DNA of 64,000 nt. Source: Actinomycetes bacterium. Its GTDB lineage: Bacteria > Actinomycetota > Thermoleophilia > Gaiellales > Gaiellaceae. Positions within the stretch are counted from its first letter, which is position 1. Each line of letters starts with the position of its first letter. The stretch is taken from the NCBI GenBank assembly GCA_025964395.1, contig JAOPYY010000005.1, positions 7,957 to 71,956 of the forward strand. The letters are read 5' to 3'. Positions 36,147 to 44,389 of this stretch are shown here, in pieces. The translations under genes were made by a program, and so were the position numbers. The notes beneath the pieces are model-generated. The model made no database searches, was not told the DNA's origin, and saw only the letters and a list, made by a program, of their open reading frames with translations.

Positions 36147-37352
36147 TCACCGCTTCTTCTCCTCTTCGAGGCCGAACAGATGGCGGACTGCGTCCGCATA
36201 CGCGGCCCCGTCGGCACTGACGGCAGCCTCCTTCATCCGGATTGTCGGCAAGTGCAGCAGCTTGTTCAAGATCTGCGAGGTCACCGACTCGAGCGTCCGG
36301 CGCTCGTCGTCGCTCATCCGGGCCTCGACCTTCGCGAGCTCAGCGGTGCGGATCTCCTCGGCACGGGCGCGGAGCGAGGCGATCGCGGGGACGACGTCCA
36401 GGGACGCGCGCCACGAGCGGAAGCGCTCCGCCTCCTCGGCGACGAGCTGCTCGGCGCGCGCTGCTTCGGAGCGCCGCCCCGACAGCGTCTCCGCGACGAC
36501 AGCCTCGAGATCATCGATGTCGTAAAGGAAGCAGCCGTCGAGCTTCGCGATCGCGGAGTCGAGGTCGCGCGGCACCGCGATGTCGATGAAGAACAGCGGT
36601 GTACGGCGCTTGGCCGGCACGTCACCTGCCTGCACGACGGTCTCGGGCGCGCTGGTCGACGAGATGACGACGTCGACGTTGCCGAGCCGGGATGCAATGT
36701 CCGCCAGCGCGACCGCCTCTCCGCCGAAGCGGTGCGCGAGGTCGCGCGCCGTATCGACGGTGCGGTTCGCGATGTACGCGATGGTCGCGCCGCGCGAGGC
36801 GAGATTCGAAGCCGCGAGCTCCCCGATCCGGCCGGCGCCGATCAGCAGTACCCGCCTGCCCGTGAGGTCGCCGAAGACCTGAGCGGCGAGCGCCCCGGCG
36901 GCGGAGGAGACGGATGCGGGGCTTTCCCCGATCGCGGTCTCGCTGCGCACGCGTTTCCCGACGCCGAGCGCCTGCCGGAAGACGCGATCGAGCAACGCTC
37001 CCGGACGAGCGGCTTCGTAGGCGCCGCGCACCTGCCCGAGGATCTCGCCCTCGCCCGGGACGAGCGAGTCGAGACCGGAGGCGACGCGGAAGAGATGCAG
37101 GGCGGCCGCGTCCTCGTGCAGGCGGTAGAGCACGCCGTCGAGCGGCTCGCCTGCGAGTTCCTGCAGCGCCGTCACCGCCTGGCGCTCGTCGACCCCCTCG
37201 AAGTAGAGCTCCGTGCGGTTGCACGTCGAGAGACAGATCGCGTCGCCGAGCGAGCTCGCGAGCGCAGCGGCCGCAGGCGCGTCGAGGGTCACGCGCTCGC
37301 GCAGCTCTACGGGAGCGATGTGATGCGAGAGCCCGATCAGCGTCAGCGTCAT
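36147..37352 (-). CDS. hemA: glutamyl-tRNA reductase
   Basis: LSTCNRTELY, GEGEILGQV and the NADPH site LLIGAGRIGE. The ATG overlaps the upstream stop (ATGA). Confidence 0.9.
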   Translation of the reverse strand: MTLTLIGLSHHIAPVELRERVTLDAPAAAALASSLGDAICLSTCNRTELYFEGVDERQAVTALQELAGEPLDGVLYRLHEDAAALHLFRVASGLDSLVPGEGEILGQVRGAYEAARPGALLDRVFRQALGVGKRVRSETAIGESPASVSSAAGALAAQVFGDLTGRRVLLIGAGRIGELAASNLASRGATIAYIANRTVDTARDLAHRFGGEAVALADIASRLGNVDVVISSTSAPETVVQAGDVPAKRRTPLFFIDIAVPRDLDSAIAKLDGCFLYDIDDLEAVVAETLSGRRSEAARAEQLVAEEAERFRSWRASLDVVPAIASLRARAEEIRTAELAKVEARMSDDERRTLESVTSQILNKLLHLPTIRMKEAAVSADGAAYADAVRHLFGLEEEKKR

Positions 37353-38110
37353 GCGAAATGAGTCCCCGCGAGAGCGAGCCGCGCAACAATCACGAGTGCG
37401 AACCCGCCGAGTGCGAAGTACGCCGCGCGCCGTCCCGTCGGGCGCAGCGCGAGCACCGCGCCGTAGACGAGCCACGTCAACACCGTCACCGCCTCGAGCG
37501 CGTCGAACCGGCCGCCGTCGCGTTGCTGGCGGACGATGCCGATCACGAGGGCGAGGGTGAGAAGCGGGAGCGAGACGAGGATCGTGCGCCACGTGAGACG
37601 CTCGAGCGACGCGAGCGGCGGCAGGCGCAAGCGCAGAATGTCTGCGGCGCGCCGCTTCAGGCGCCGCTCCTCCCACAGATAAAGCCCGGCCAGCCCCGCC
37701 GCGAGCGTGAAGCCGGCGAATGCGGCGAGCGCGAGCCCGACGTGCAGGATCAGAAAGAGGTTGCCGTAGCTCGAGTGCGAGCCCGCTCCGGTCCCACCGC
37801 CGACGCGCGCGACGGCGAAGAGCGCGGCTGCCAGCGGCATCACGGTCAGCCCGAGCAGGCGGAACCGCGGACGGCAGCCCCAGATCAGATACGCCCCGAC
37901 GACGAACCACACGAAGAGGTTGAGCGAGCCCGCCCAAGTCGACCACGGAAAGCCGTCGGAGCGCACGGCCTGCGCGATCAGCAACGCCGTTTGCGCGAGC
38001 CAGCCGAGCCGTACGCCCCATGTCGCCGCGCGCGAGGTGCGCACGGTCGCGTAGGCGAGCGCGGCTTCGCCGTAGCCGAGCAGCGCGGGCCAGAAGAGCG
38101 CCTCAACCAC
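37349..38110 (-). CDS. CcsA/HemX-like cytochrome c assembly family membrane protein
   Basis: Polytopic protein immediately upstream of hemA, resembling HemX-type CcsA-family proteins. I saw no W-rich WWD motif. GTG at 38110; alternative TTG at 38122. Confidence 0.7.
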   Translation of the reverse strand: MVEALFWPALLGYGEAALAYATVRTSRAATWGVRLGWLAQTALLIAQAVRSDGFPWSTWAGSLNLFVWFVVGAYLIWGCRPRFRLLGLTVMPLAAALFAVARVGGGTGAGSHSSYGNLFLILHVGLALAAFAGFTLAAGLAGLYLWEERRLKRRAADILRLRLPPLASLERLTWRTILVSLPLLTLALVIGIVRQQRDGGRFDALEAVTVLTWLVYGAVLALRPTGRRAAYFALGGFALVIVARLALAGTHFA

Positions 38111-38118
38111 GTCGCGCC

Positions 38119-38274
38119 TCAACCATCCGTGCGTTTGTCCTTGACGAGCTCGACGAGCTGCTCGACCTGGCGTTGCAGCCGCTGCAGCTTCGACCCGATG
38201 ATCACGACGTAGACGAGCACGCCGAGGAACACCACGAGATAGGCGGCGGCGGTGTACTTCTCGGACTGCGTCAT
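38119..38274 (-). CDS. CcmD-like small single-TM protein (51 aa)
   Basis: One TM (AAAYLVVFLGVLVYVVII) followed by a charged coiled tail. Located downstream of ccmA, ccmB and ccmC. An alternative GTG start lies at 38304. Confidence 0.5.
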   Translation of the reverse strand: MTQSEKYTAAAYLVVFLGVLVYVVIIGSKLQRLQRQVEQLVELVKDKRTDG

Positions 38275-38315
38275 GACGCGTGGCCTTTCTGACCCCAATG
38301 CCACGCTCCTCGGTC

Positions 38316-38392
38316 GCGAGCACCAAGCGATGCAAGGACGCAGGTCTTCCCGCTAGTGGTACTAACGGGAAGACCGAGGACGCAGCAGCGCG
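38316..38392 (-). promoter_or_regulatory. conserved leader element, copy 1 (conserved boxes flanking a 10-bp hairpin)
   Basis: Plus strand: GCGAGC-N3-AAGCGATGCAAGGACGCAGG, overlapping by two G the stem GGTCTTCCCG/CGGGAAGACC, whose last C starts CGAGGACGCAGCAGCGCG. The flanks match 63884-63966 at 19 of 20 and 16 of 18 positions. Confidence 0.4.
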
Positions 38393-38437
38393 CCGCGTGA
38401 TCGCGGGCGAGGGGCCTGGATGTTGGGGTTGGGAAGG

Positions 38438-39118
38438 TCACGACAAAAGCTCCTTCAGCTCGCGCAGCGAGCAGTCGAGTCGCTTGCCCGCCAGCTCGAT
38501 CGCATACATCGTCGCGAACAGCGTCAGCATCGCGGCGAGACAGACGCAGAAGGTGAAGAACTGCGCGCCGGTCATCTGAGGCCCTTGCAGCTTGAAGACA
38601 ACGGGATGGATGAACTGCTTCGAAAGCCTGATCGCGAGAAACGACACCGGGATCAGCACGACCCCGAAGAGCGCGTAGACCGCGCTCATGTTCGCGCGCG
38701 CGGGGCCAGGGTCGACCGAGAACCGAAGCATGAAGTAGGCGCAGTAGAAGAGGAAGAGCACGAGAAAGAGCACGAGCTCGTCCTCGCCCCACGACCACCA
38801 GACGCCCCACGAGATGCGCGCCCAGATCGACCCGGTCAGCAGCGTCAGCGCGCCGAAGATCACGCCCTGGTGGATCGCGACGTAACTCTCGAGATCCGCC
38901 CGCTCGTCGCGCCCGCGCAGGTACTTGAGCGCCTTCCATGCGCCCCAGCCGAAGCACGCATAGGACGTCAGGGCGAGCGGCACATGGAAGTAGAAGATGC
39001 GCTGCGAGAGTCCCTGGTCAGCGTCCGCCGGGGCGTAGAAGAACGCGAAGACGACCGCCAGCCCGAACAGGCCCGTGCAGGCGGCCGCGAGGGCAGGCAG
39101 CTTCAGGTGCATCGTCAA
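38438..39118 (-). CDS. ccmC: heme exporter protein C
   Basis: W-rich motif WARISWGVWWSWGEDE and conserved His residues. Six-TM pattern. TTG start, with an ATG 6 nt downstream. Confidence 0.85.
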   Translation of the reverse strand: MTMHLKLPALAAACTGLFGLAVVFAFFYAPADADQGLSQRIFYFHVPLALTSYACFGWGAWKALKYLRGRDERADLESYVAIHQGVIFGALTLLTGSIWARISWGVWWSWGEDELVLFLVLFLFYCAYFMLRFSVDPGPARANMSAVYALFGVVLIPVSFLAIRLSKQFIHPVVFKLQGPQMTGAQFFTFCVCLAAMLTLFATMYAIELAGKRLDCSLRELKELLS

Positions 39119-39134
39119 AGCACGGTCAATCGTA

Positions 39135-39154
39135 GTCTGAGACTCGTCTCAGAC
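39135..39154. promoter_or_regulatory. 20-bp palindrome overlapping the ccmB stop, 17 nt upstream of the ccmC start
   Basis: GTCTGAGAC-TC-GTCTCAGAC, followed by a further CTCAGAC. TACGAT (sense strand, 39129-39134) lies between the palindrome and the TTG start. Confidence 0.35.
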
Positions 39155-39766
39155 CTCAGACACGACGTACTCGAAGGCGGCCCAGCTGAGCAACGCGAAG
39201 ATCGCGTCGTAGAGCACGAGGAACCAGAGGTAGCCGCCGACGCCGCCGACGACGATCGGGATCGCCATCGGGAGGAAGAGCAGCGGCAGGAGCAGCTCCC
39301 GCGCACGGCCGGCCACCGCCATCGCGCCGAAGAGGGTGCCGACGGTGCAGATGCCGAGGTCCGCGAGCGCCACGGCGGCCACCGTCCGCCCGTTCAGACC
39401 GTGGAAGAACATGGCAAACGCCGGCAGCGCCACGATCTCGGCCGCGACGAGGAAGGCGAGGACCGCGATCGCCTTGCCCAGCCAGATCGCGCTCCGGTCT
39501 ACCGGCGTCAGGATCAGCGCGTCGAACATGCTCTGCTCGCGCTCCGCGACGAATGCGCGCGTGAGGCCGAGCAGCGCGGTGAAGATCAGCGCCGCCCACA
39601 GGAGGCCACGGGCGGCAACGTCACTCGTTCCGTTCGGCAGCGCGAAATGGAAAATCGTCAGCGCTGCGATCACGAAGAGCAGCATCGACGGCAGCGTCTC
39701 CTTCGCGCGCAACTCGAGCAGCAGGTCCTTGCGCGCAAGCGCTGCGACATCGGAGGCGTACGTCAT
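39149..39766 (-). CDS. ccmB: heme exporter protein B
   Basis: 205-aa six-TM protein between the ccmA-like ATPase and ccmC. CcmB-like N-terminus KDLLLELRAKE. ATGA overlap with ccmA. Confidence 0.8.
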   Translation of the reverse strand: MTYASDVAALARKDLLLELRAKETLPSMLLFVIAALTIFHFALPNGTSDVAARGLLWAALIFTALLGLTRAFVAEREQSMFDALILTPVDRSAIWLGKAIAVLAFLVAAEIVALPAFAMFFHGLNGRTVAAVALADLGICTVGTLFGAMAVAGRARELLLPLLFLPMAIPIVVGGVGGYLWFLVLYDAIFALLSWAAFEYVVSEV

Positions 39767-40350
39767 GCGAACGCCAGCCGTTCCGTCGCGTAGCGGTCGA
39801 CTCGCTGCGGCTCGTGCGTCGCGATCACCCAGGCGCGCGGCTCCTCAAAACTGTGTTCTTGAAAGACAGCGTCGAGGAGCGCCGCTCCCTCCGCGTCGAG
39901 CGCGTTGTACGGCTCGTCGAGCAGGAGGTGCGTCGGCTCGTGCAACAAGACGCGGCAGAGGCCGAGCCGCTGCTGCATCCCGCGTGAGAACGTCGAGACG
40001 CGCTCGTGGCGTACCTCCCACAGACCGAAGCGTTCGAGCAGCATCCCGATGCGCTCGCCGCGCTCGGGCAAGCGGTAGAGACGGCCGAACAGCGTCAGGT
40101 TCTCAAGCGGCGTCAGCTCGCGGTAGACGAGCGGCTCGTGACCGAGGTAGCCAATCGTGTGGCGGGGCGGCAGCTGCAGCTCACCCGCGCTCGGCGCGGC
40201 AAGCCCGGCGAGAACGCGCAGCAGCGTCGTCTTGCCGGAGCCGTTCGGGCCGGTGACGAGCAGGAAGCCGCCGTCGGGAACGTCGACGTCGAGCCCTGCG
40301 AACACGCGGCGGTCGCCGTAGCGCTTCGCGAGCGCGCGGGCTTGGATCAC
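39763..40350 (-). CDS. ccmA: heme exporter ABC ATPase
   Basis: Walker A GPNGSGKTT, signature FSRGMQQRL and Walker B LLLDEP. Short CcmA-like length of 195 aa. Confidence 0.8.
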   Translation of the reverse strand: MIQARALAKRYGDRRVFAGLDVDVPDGGFLLVTGPNGSGKTTLLRVLAGLAAPSAGELQLPPRHTIGYLGHEPLVYRELTPLENLTLFGRLYRLPERGERIGMLLERFGLWEVRHERVSTFSRGMQQRLGLCRVLLHEPTHLLLDEPYNALDAEGAALLDAVFQEHSFEEPRAWVIATHEPQRVDRYATERLAFA

Positions 40351-41060
40351 GCGCGGTACACCCGGGCCGCGGCGCGATGGAAACCGTCGGGCTGGCCGGC
40401 GGCGGCGAACGTATCGGCGATCTCCTCCATCTCACCTTCCCAGCGCCACCCCTTCGTCGCAGCCGCGTGCTCGGCACGCGGCAGGCGCTTGGCGAGCTCG
40501 GGCGCAGCAAGCTCCCACTCTTCTTCGACGCCGAAGTGGCGCGCGACGTCGCGGATCGCGAGCAACATCGCGGCCGAGCCCTTCGACCACGCCGCGTACG
40601 CCATCTTGATCGCCGACGCGTCGGCGACGACACGCGGTTCGAGGTTCGTGCCGACGAAGAGCACTGCGACGGACGCGGCGCCCGAGCCGGAGAGGTAGAG
40701 CGTCGTGCCCGGCTCGTCGGGCGGACTGCCGACGATGCCGCCGTCGACGAAGCGCGGCTGGATCTTTGCGACCTCTTGTGCGCGCATCGGCGAGATCGCG
40801 TTCGCGTCCACATACACGCCGTCGAAGCCCTCCACGGCCCGCGCCACCTCCAACGCGCTGTGCGGCGGGCAGATCGAAAGGATCAACTCGGCCTCGGCCG
40901 CGAGCGCCTCAACCGTCCCGGCGTCTCGAAACGTCTGTGCGCGCTCGCGGCTAGCAGCACTGCGCCCCTCCGACGCCCACAGCACCTCGTGCCGGTTGGC
41001 CTGCAGGCAGCGGCCGATGGCCGCACCCATCTCACCCGGGTGCAGGAGGCCCACGATCAC
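40347..41060 (-). CDS. NAD(P)-binding oxidoreductase (6PGDH-like N-terminus, DUF1932-like C-terminus)
   Basis: N-terminal VGLLHPGEMGAAIG dinucleotide-binding fold. The GTG start overlaps the ubiA stop (GTGA). Confidence 0.7.
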   Translation of the reverse strand: MIVGLLHPGEMGAAIGRCLQANRHEVLWASEGRSAASRERAQTFRDAGTVEALAAEAELILSICPPHSALEVARAVEGFDGVYVDANAISPMRAQEVAKIQPRFVDGGIVGSPPDEPGTTLYLSGSGAASVAVLFVGTNLEPRVVADASAIKMAYAAWSKGSAAMLLAIRDVARHFGVEEEWELAAPELAKRLPRAEHAAATKGWRWEGEMEEIADTFAAAGQPDGFHRAAARVYRA

Positions 41061-41902
41061 AGCACGTCGGCCAGCACAAACGCGAAGAACGCAACCGAGA
41101 TCACGCCGTTCATCGTGAAGAACGCCGCATCGAGGCGGCGGAGATCGCCGGGCCGCACGAGCGTGTGCTCGTAGAGCAGCAGCGATCCGACGATCACCAC
41201 GCCGAGCCAGTAGAGGAGCCCAACGTCGAGCCCGATTCCGGCGGCGGCGAGCAACACGATCGTCGCGAGGTGCAAGACGCGCGCACCGGTGAACGCGCCG
41301 CGCTCGCCGAACCTCGTCACCCACGAGTGCAGTCCCTGCTCGCGATCGATGTCCACGTCGAACAGCGCGTAGAAGAGGTCGAATCCCGAGACCCAGGCAG
41401 CGACCGCCGCGCCGAGGGCCCAGGCCTGCCAGGGCAGCTCGCCCTTGATCGCCGCCCACGCACCGACGGGCGCGAGTCCGTCCACCGCACCGAGCCAGAG
41501 GTGGCACAACCACGTGAACCGTTTCAGGTACGGATAGACGACGAACGCGACAACCGGGATCGGCGACAGCCAGCGGACGAGTGGATCGAGCTGCCACACG
41601 GCGACGGCGTACACGGCGAGCGAGAGCAGGCAGAACGCGACGACCGCGGCCCTCGTCAGCGCGCCGGAGGGAATCTCACGCGTCGCGGTGCGCGGGTTCG
41701 CGGCGTCGATGCGCGCGTCGATCAGCCGGTTGAGCGCCATCGCGAGCGAACGCGCCCCGACCATCGCCAGCGTGATCCAGAGCAGGTCGTGCGCCGAGGG
41801 GACGCCGCCGACGGCGAGGAACGCCCCGACGTACGCGAACGGGAGTGCGAAGATCGTGTGCTCGAATTTGACGAGCCGGTAGTAAAGGCGGGCGATGCGC
41901 AT
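41057..41902 (-). CDS. ubiA: UbiA-family aromatic prenyltransferase (4-hydroxybenzoate or menaquinone-type)
   Basis: LVKFEHTIFALPFA and the Asp-rich motifs NRLIDARID and DLFYALFDVDIDRE. Confidence 0.8.
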   Translation of the reverse strand: MRIARLYYRLVKFEHTIFALPFAYVGAFLAVGGVPSAHDLLWITLAMVGARSLAMALNRLIDARIDAANPRTATREIPSGALTRAAVVAFCLLSLAVYAVAVWQLDPLVRWLSPIPVVAFVVYPYLKRFTWLCHLWLGAVDGLAPVGAWAAIKGELPWQAWALGAAVAAWVSGFDLFYALFDVDIDREQGLHSWVTRFGERGAFTGARVLHLATIVLLAAAGIGLDVGLLYWLGVVIVGSLLLYEHTLVRPGDLRRLDAAFFTMNGVISVAFFAFVLADVL

Positions 41903-42387
41903 CAGCCGGAAGTGTGCTGATGACGCGTAGGCGCGTCGGCGAGAAGCGACAACGCGTGGCCCAGAGCGGGTTGGAGCACGGCGTAGCCGTCGCGGCACCC
42001 GCCGGTCGAGCCCGGCAGGTTGACGACGAGCGTCCCGCCGACGACGCCGGCGACACCGCGCGAGAGCAGGCCGTGCGGCGTCTTGGCGATCGAGTCGGCC
42101 CGCAGCGCCTCTGCAATCCCGGGCGCGTCGCGCTGCAGGACGGTCCGCGTCGCCTCGGGAGTGACGTCGCGCGGCGCGAGCCCGGTGCCCCCGGTCGTCA
42201 GGACGACCGCGGCCCGTGTGGCGAGGTCCTCGATCGCAGCCGCGATCTCGTCGGCCTCATCGGGAACGACACGCCGCTCGACCTCGTAGCCGTCGGCGCG
42301 CAGAAGCTCCTCGAGCAGGTCGCCGCTTCCGTCGCCGGCCTCGCCGCGCGAGACGCGGTCGGAGACCGTTAGCACCGCCGCGTTCAC
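41902..42387 (-). CDS. mog: MogA/MoaB-family molybdenum cofactor biosynthesis protein
   Basis: [25 protein letters not shown] and VVNLPGS. Confidence 0.8.
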   Translation of the reverse strand: MNAAVLTVSDRVSRGEAGDGSGDLLEELLRADGYEVERRVVPDEADEIAAAIEDLATRAAVVLTTGGTGLAPRDVTPEATRTVLQRDAPGIAEALRADSIAKTPHGLLSRGVAGVVGGTLVVNLPGSTGGCRDGYAVLQPALGHALSLLADAPTRHQHTSG

Positions 42388-42851
42388 CGCCTCGTCCCCG
42401 ACTCCGTCGAGCCTACGTCTTTGACCTTCTCGAGCAGCTCGACGGTGAACGTCATTCCCTTGTCGATCGCCTTCGCCATGTCGTACACCGTGAGCGCAGC
42501 GACCGACGCCGCGGTGAGCGCCTCCATCTCGACGCCCGTCTGTGCGGTCGTCTCCGCCGCTGCGACGATCTCGACGCCGTCGTCGAGGACGCGCGTGTCG
42601 ACTTCGATGTGCGTGAGCGGCAGCGGGTGACAAAGCGGGATCAACTCGGATGTGCGCTTCGCGGCCATGATCCCCGCGAGCTGCGCCGTCGTCAGGGCAT
42701 CGCCCTTCGGGAGGTCGCCTAGCCGCGCAGCCGTTTCGGGCGCCATGCGCACCACCGCGCGTGCAACAGCGCGCCGTCGCTGCGCAGGCTTCGCGCCGAC
42801 GTCGACCATCCGCACCGCGCCCGTCTCGTCGACGTGCGAAAGATCGCTCAC
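42384..42851 (-). CDS. moaC: cyclic pyranopterin monophosphate synthase
   Basis: [28 protein letters not shown] and [21 protein letters not shown]. Confidence 0.85.
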   Translation of the reverse strand: MSDLSHVDETGAVRMVDVGAKPAQRRRAVARAVVRMAPETAARLGDLPKGDALTTAQLAGIMAAKRTSELIPLCHPLPLTHIEVDTRVLDDGVEIVAAAETTAQTGVEMEALTAASVAALTVYDMAKAIDKGMTFTVELLEKVKDVGSTESGTRR

Positions 42852-44380
42852 GGGCGATACCTTTTCGCGAGTGCGAAGAGCGCGCGCCGCTCGCGCCACG
42901 CTGCGCGCGCGCGTGCCGGCAGACCGTCGGCGTACAGCGCCCCGAGCGCGCCACGGAATGCAGCGGCAGCCTGGGCGTCGTAGGGGAACCACCACGGCAC
43001 CGGCACACGGCCGGAGTCGTGGTCGGCGAACTTCGGCGAGGTGAGGTCGTAGAGCCCGTGCTTGGAATGTGTCCGCCCGAAGCCTGACTCGCCCCGGCCA
43101 CCCCACGCCGCTTGCGAGGATGCGTACGAGTACGCGTGGTCGTTGTGCCAGACCGTGCCCGCCCGCAGACGATGCGCTGCTCGCTGCGCGCGGTCTGGAT
43201 TGCGAGTCCACACCGATGCGCCGAGCCCAAATGCGGTGTCATTCGCCGCGCGGATCGCCTGCGCGTCATCAGCGACGCGCGAGACCGTGACCACGGGACC
43301 GAACGTCTCGTCGTGCTCGATGCGGGCGTCATGCGGGACATCGACGAGCACGGTCGGATCGTAGAACCACCCCGCACGCTCGGGGGAACGCGCACCGACG
43401 AGCGCGCGCGCGCCCCGTTCAACTGCATCCTCGACCAGGCCGGCGACCCTGTCGCGCTGCTCCTTCGAGATGAGCGGGCCGAGCTCGAGCTCGCGTGCCT
43501 TGCGCGACAGCTCCTCGACGAACGGCTCGTACAGCGCGCCCTGAACGTAGATGCGCTCGACACCCGAGCACACCTGGCCGCAGTTCATGAACGAGCCCCA
43601 CAGCGCACCGTCGACAGCACGGGCGAGGTCCGCGTCGTCCAAGACGATCATCGGGTCCTTGCCGCCGAGTTCGAGCGTCACGGGTACAAGGCGCTGGCCG
43701 GCGTTCGCGGCGACCAGCCGGCCGACCTCCGCGGAGCCGGTGAAGAGCACCTTCCCGAGGCCGCGTGCCTTGACGAGCGCTTCACCAACCGCGCCGTCGC
43801 CCTGGGCGACGCGGACCGGAGCGCCTGCGGTCGCAAAGATCTCCGCCACAAGCGCGCCGGAAAGCGGGGTCAGTTCAGACGGCTTCAGCACGACGGCATT
43901 CCCCGCCGCGAGAGCGTAAGCCGTCTGCGTGAACGGGATCGCGAACGGGAAGTTCCACGGCGCGATCACGCCGACGACGCCGATCGGCTCGTAGAACAGC
44001 GACGCGCGCTTGTGCTTCAAGTGCAGTTGCGGGTAGCCGATGCGCTCGGGCGCGAGCAGCTTCGGCGCCTGCTTCGCGAGCCAGACGAGCGCGTCGAGCG
44101 CGGGGAACAACTCGGTCGTGAACGCCTCGACGCGCGGCTTCCCCGTCTCCGCGATCACCGTGTCCGCGATCTCGTCCGCGCGCTCGAGAACGGTCTCGGC
44201 GACGCGCACGAGGAGCGCTCGCCGGTCGTCCAGTGGCGTCTCGCCCCAGGCCTCCTGGGCGAGCTTCGCCTCGGTCACGACCTCCTGGACCGCGGCTGGA
44301 TCGGTCGTCGCGACCGTGCCCACGAGCTCGAGCGTCGCCGGGTTGACGACGCGCAGCTCACCGGTAGCAGCGACCGCCAT
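42848..44380 (-). CDS. NAD(P)-dependent aldehyde dehydrogenase
   Basis: TLELGGKDP and [15 protein letters not shown] catalytic motifs. 510 aa. Confidence 0.85.
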   Translation of the reverse strand: MAVAATGELRVVNPATLELVGTVATTDPAAVQEVVTEAKLAQEAWGETPLDDRRALLVRVAETVLERADEIADTVIAETGKPRVEAFTTELFPALDALVWLAKQAPKLLAPERIGYPQLHLKHKRASLFYEPIGVVGVIAPWNFPFAIPFTQTAYALAAGNAVVLKPSELTPLSGALVAEIFATAGAPVRVAQGDGAVGEALVKARGLGKVLFTGSAEVGRLVAANAGQRLVPVTLELGGKDPMIVLDDADLARAVDGALWGSFMNCGQVCSGVERIYVQGALYEPFVEELSRKARELELGPLISKEQRDRVAGLVEDAVERGARALVGARSPERAGWFYDPTVLVDVPHDARIEHDETFGPVVTVSRVADDAQAIRAANDTAFGLGASVWTRNPDRAQRAAHRLRAGTVWHNDHAYSYASSQAAWGGRGESGFGRTHSKHGLYDLTSPKFADHDSGRVPVPWWFPYDAQAAAAFRGALGALYADGLPARARAAWRERRALFALAKRYRP

Positions 44381-44389
44381 GCCGGAAGG

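Noticed and set aside
38335-38385. Miniature transposable element with a 9-bp target-site duplication (AGGACGCAG flanking a 33-bp palindrome), or a mini CRISPR-like repeat-spacer unit.
   Set aside because: The second copy at 63907-63960 has the same flanking boxes around a completely different hairpin. That does not fit a mobile element plus duplicated target. There are only two 9-nt repeats and no cas genes, so it is not CRISPR.
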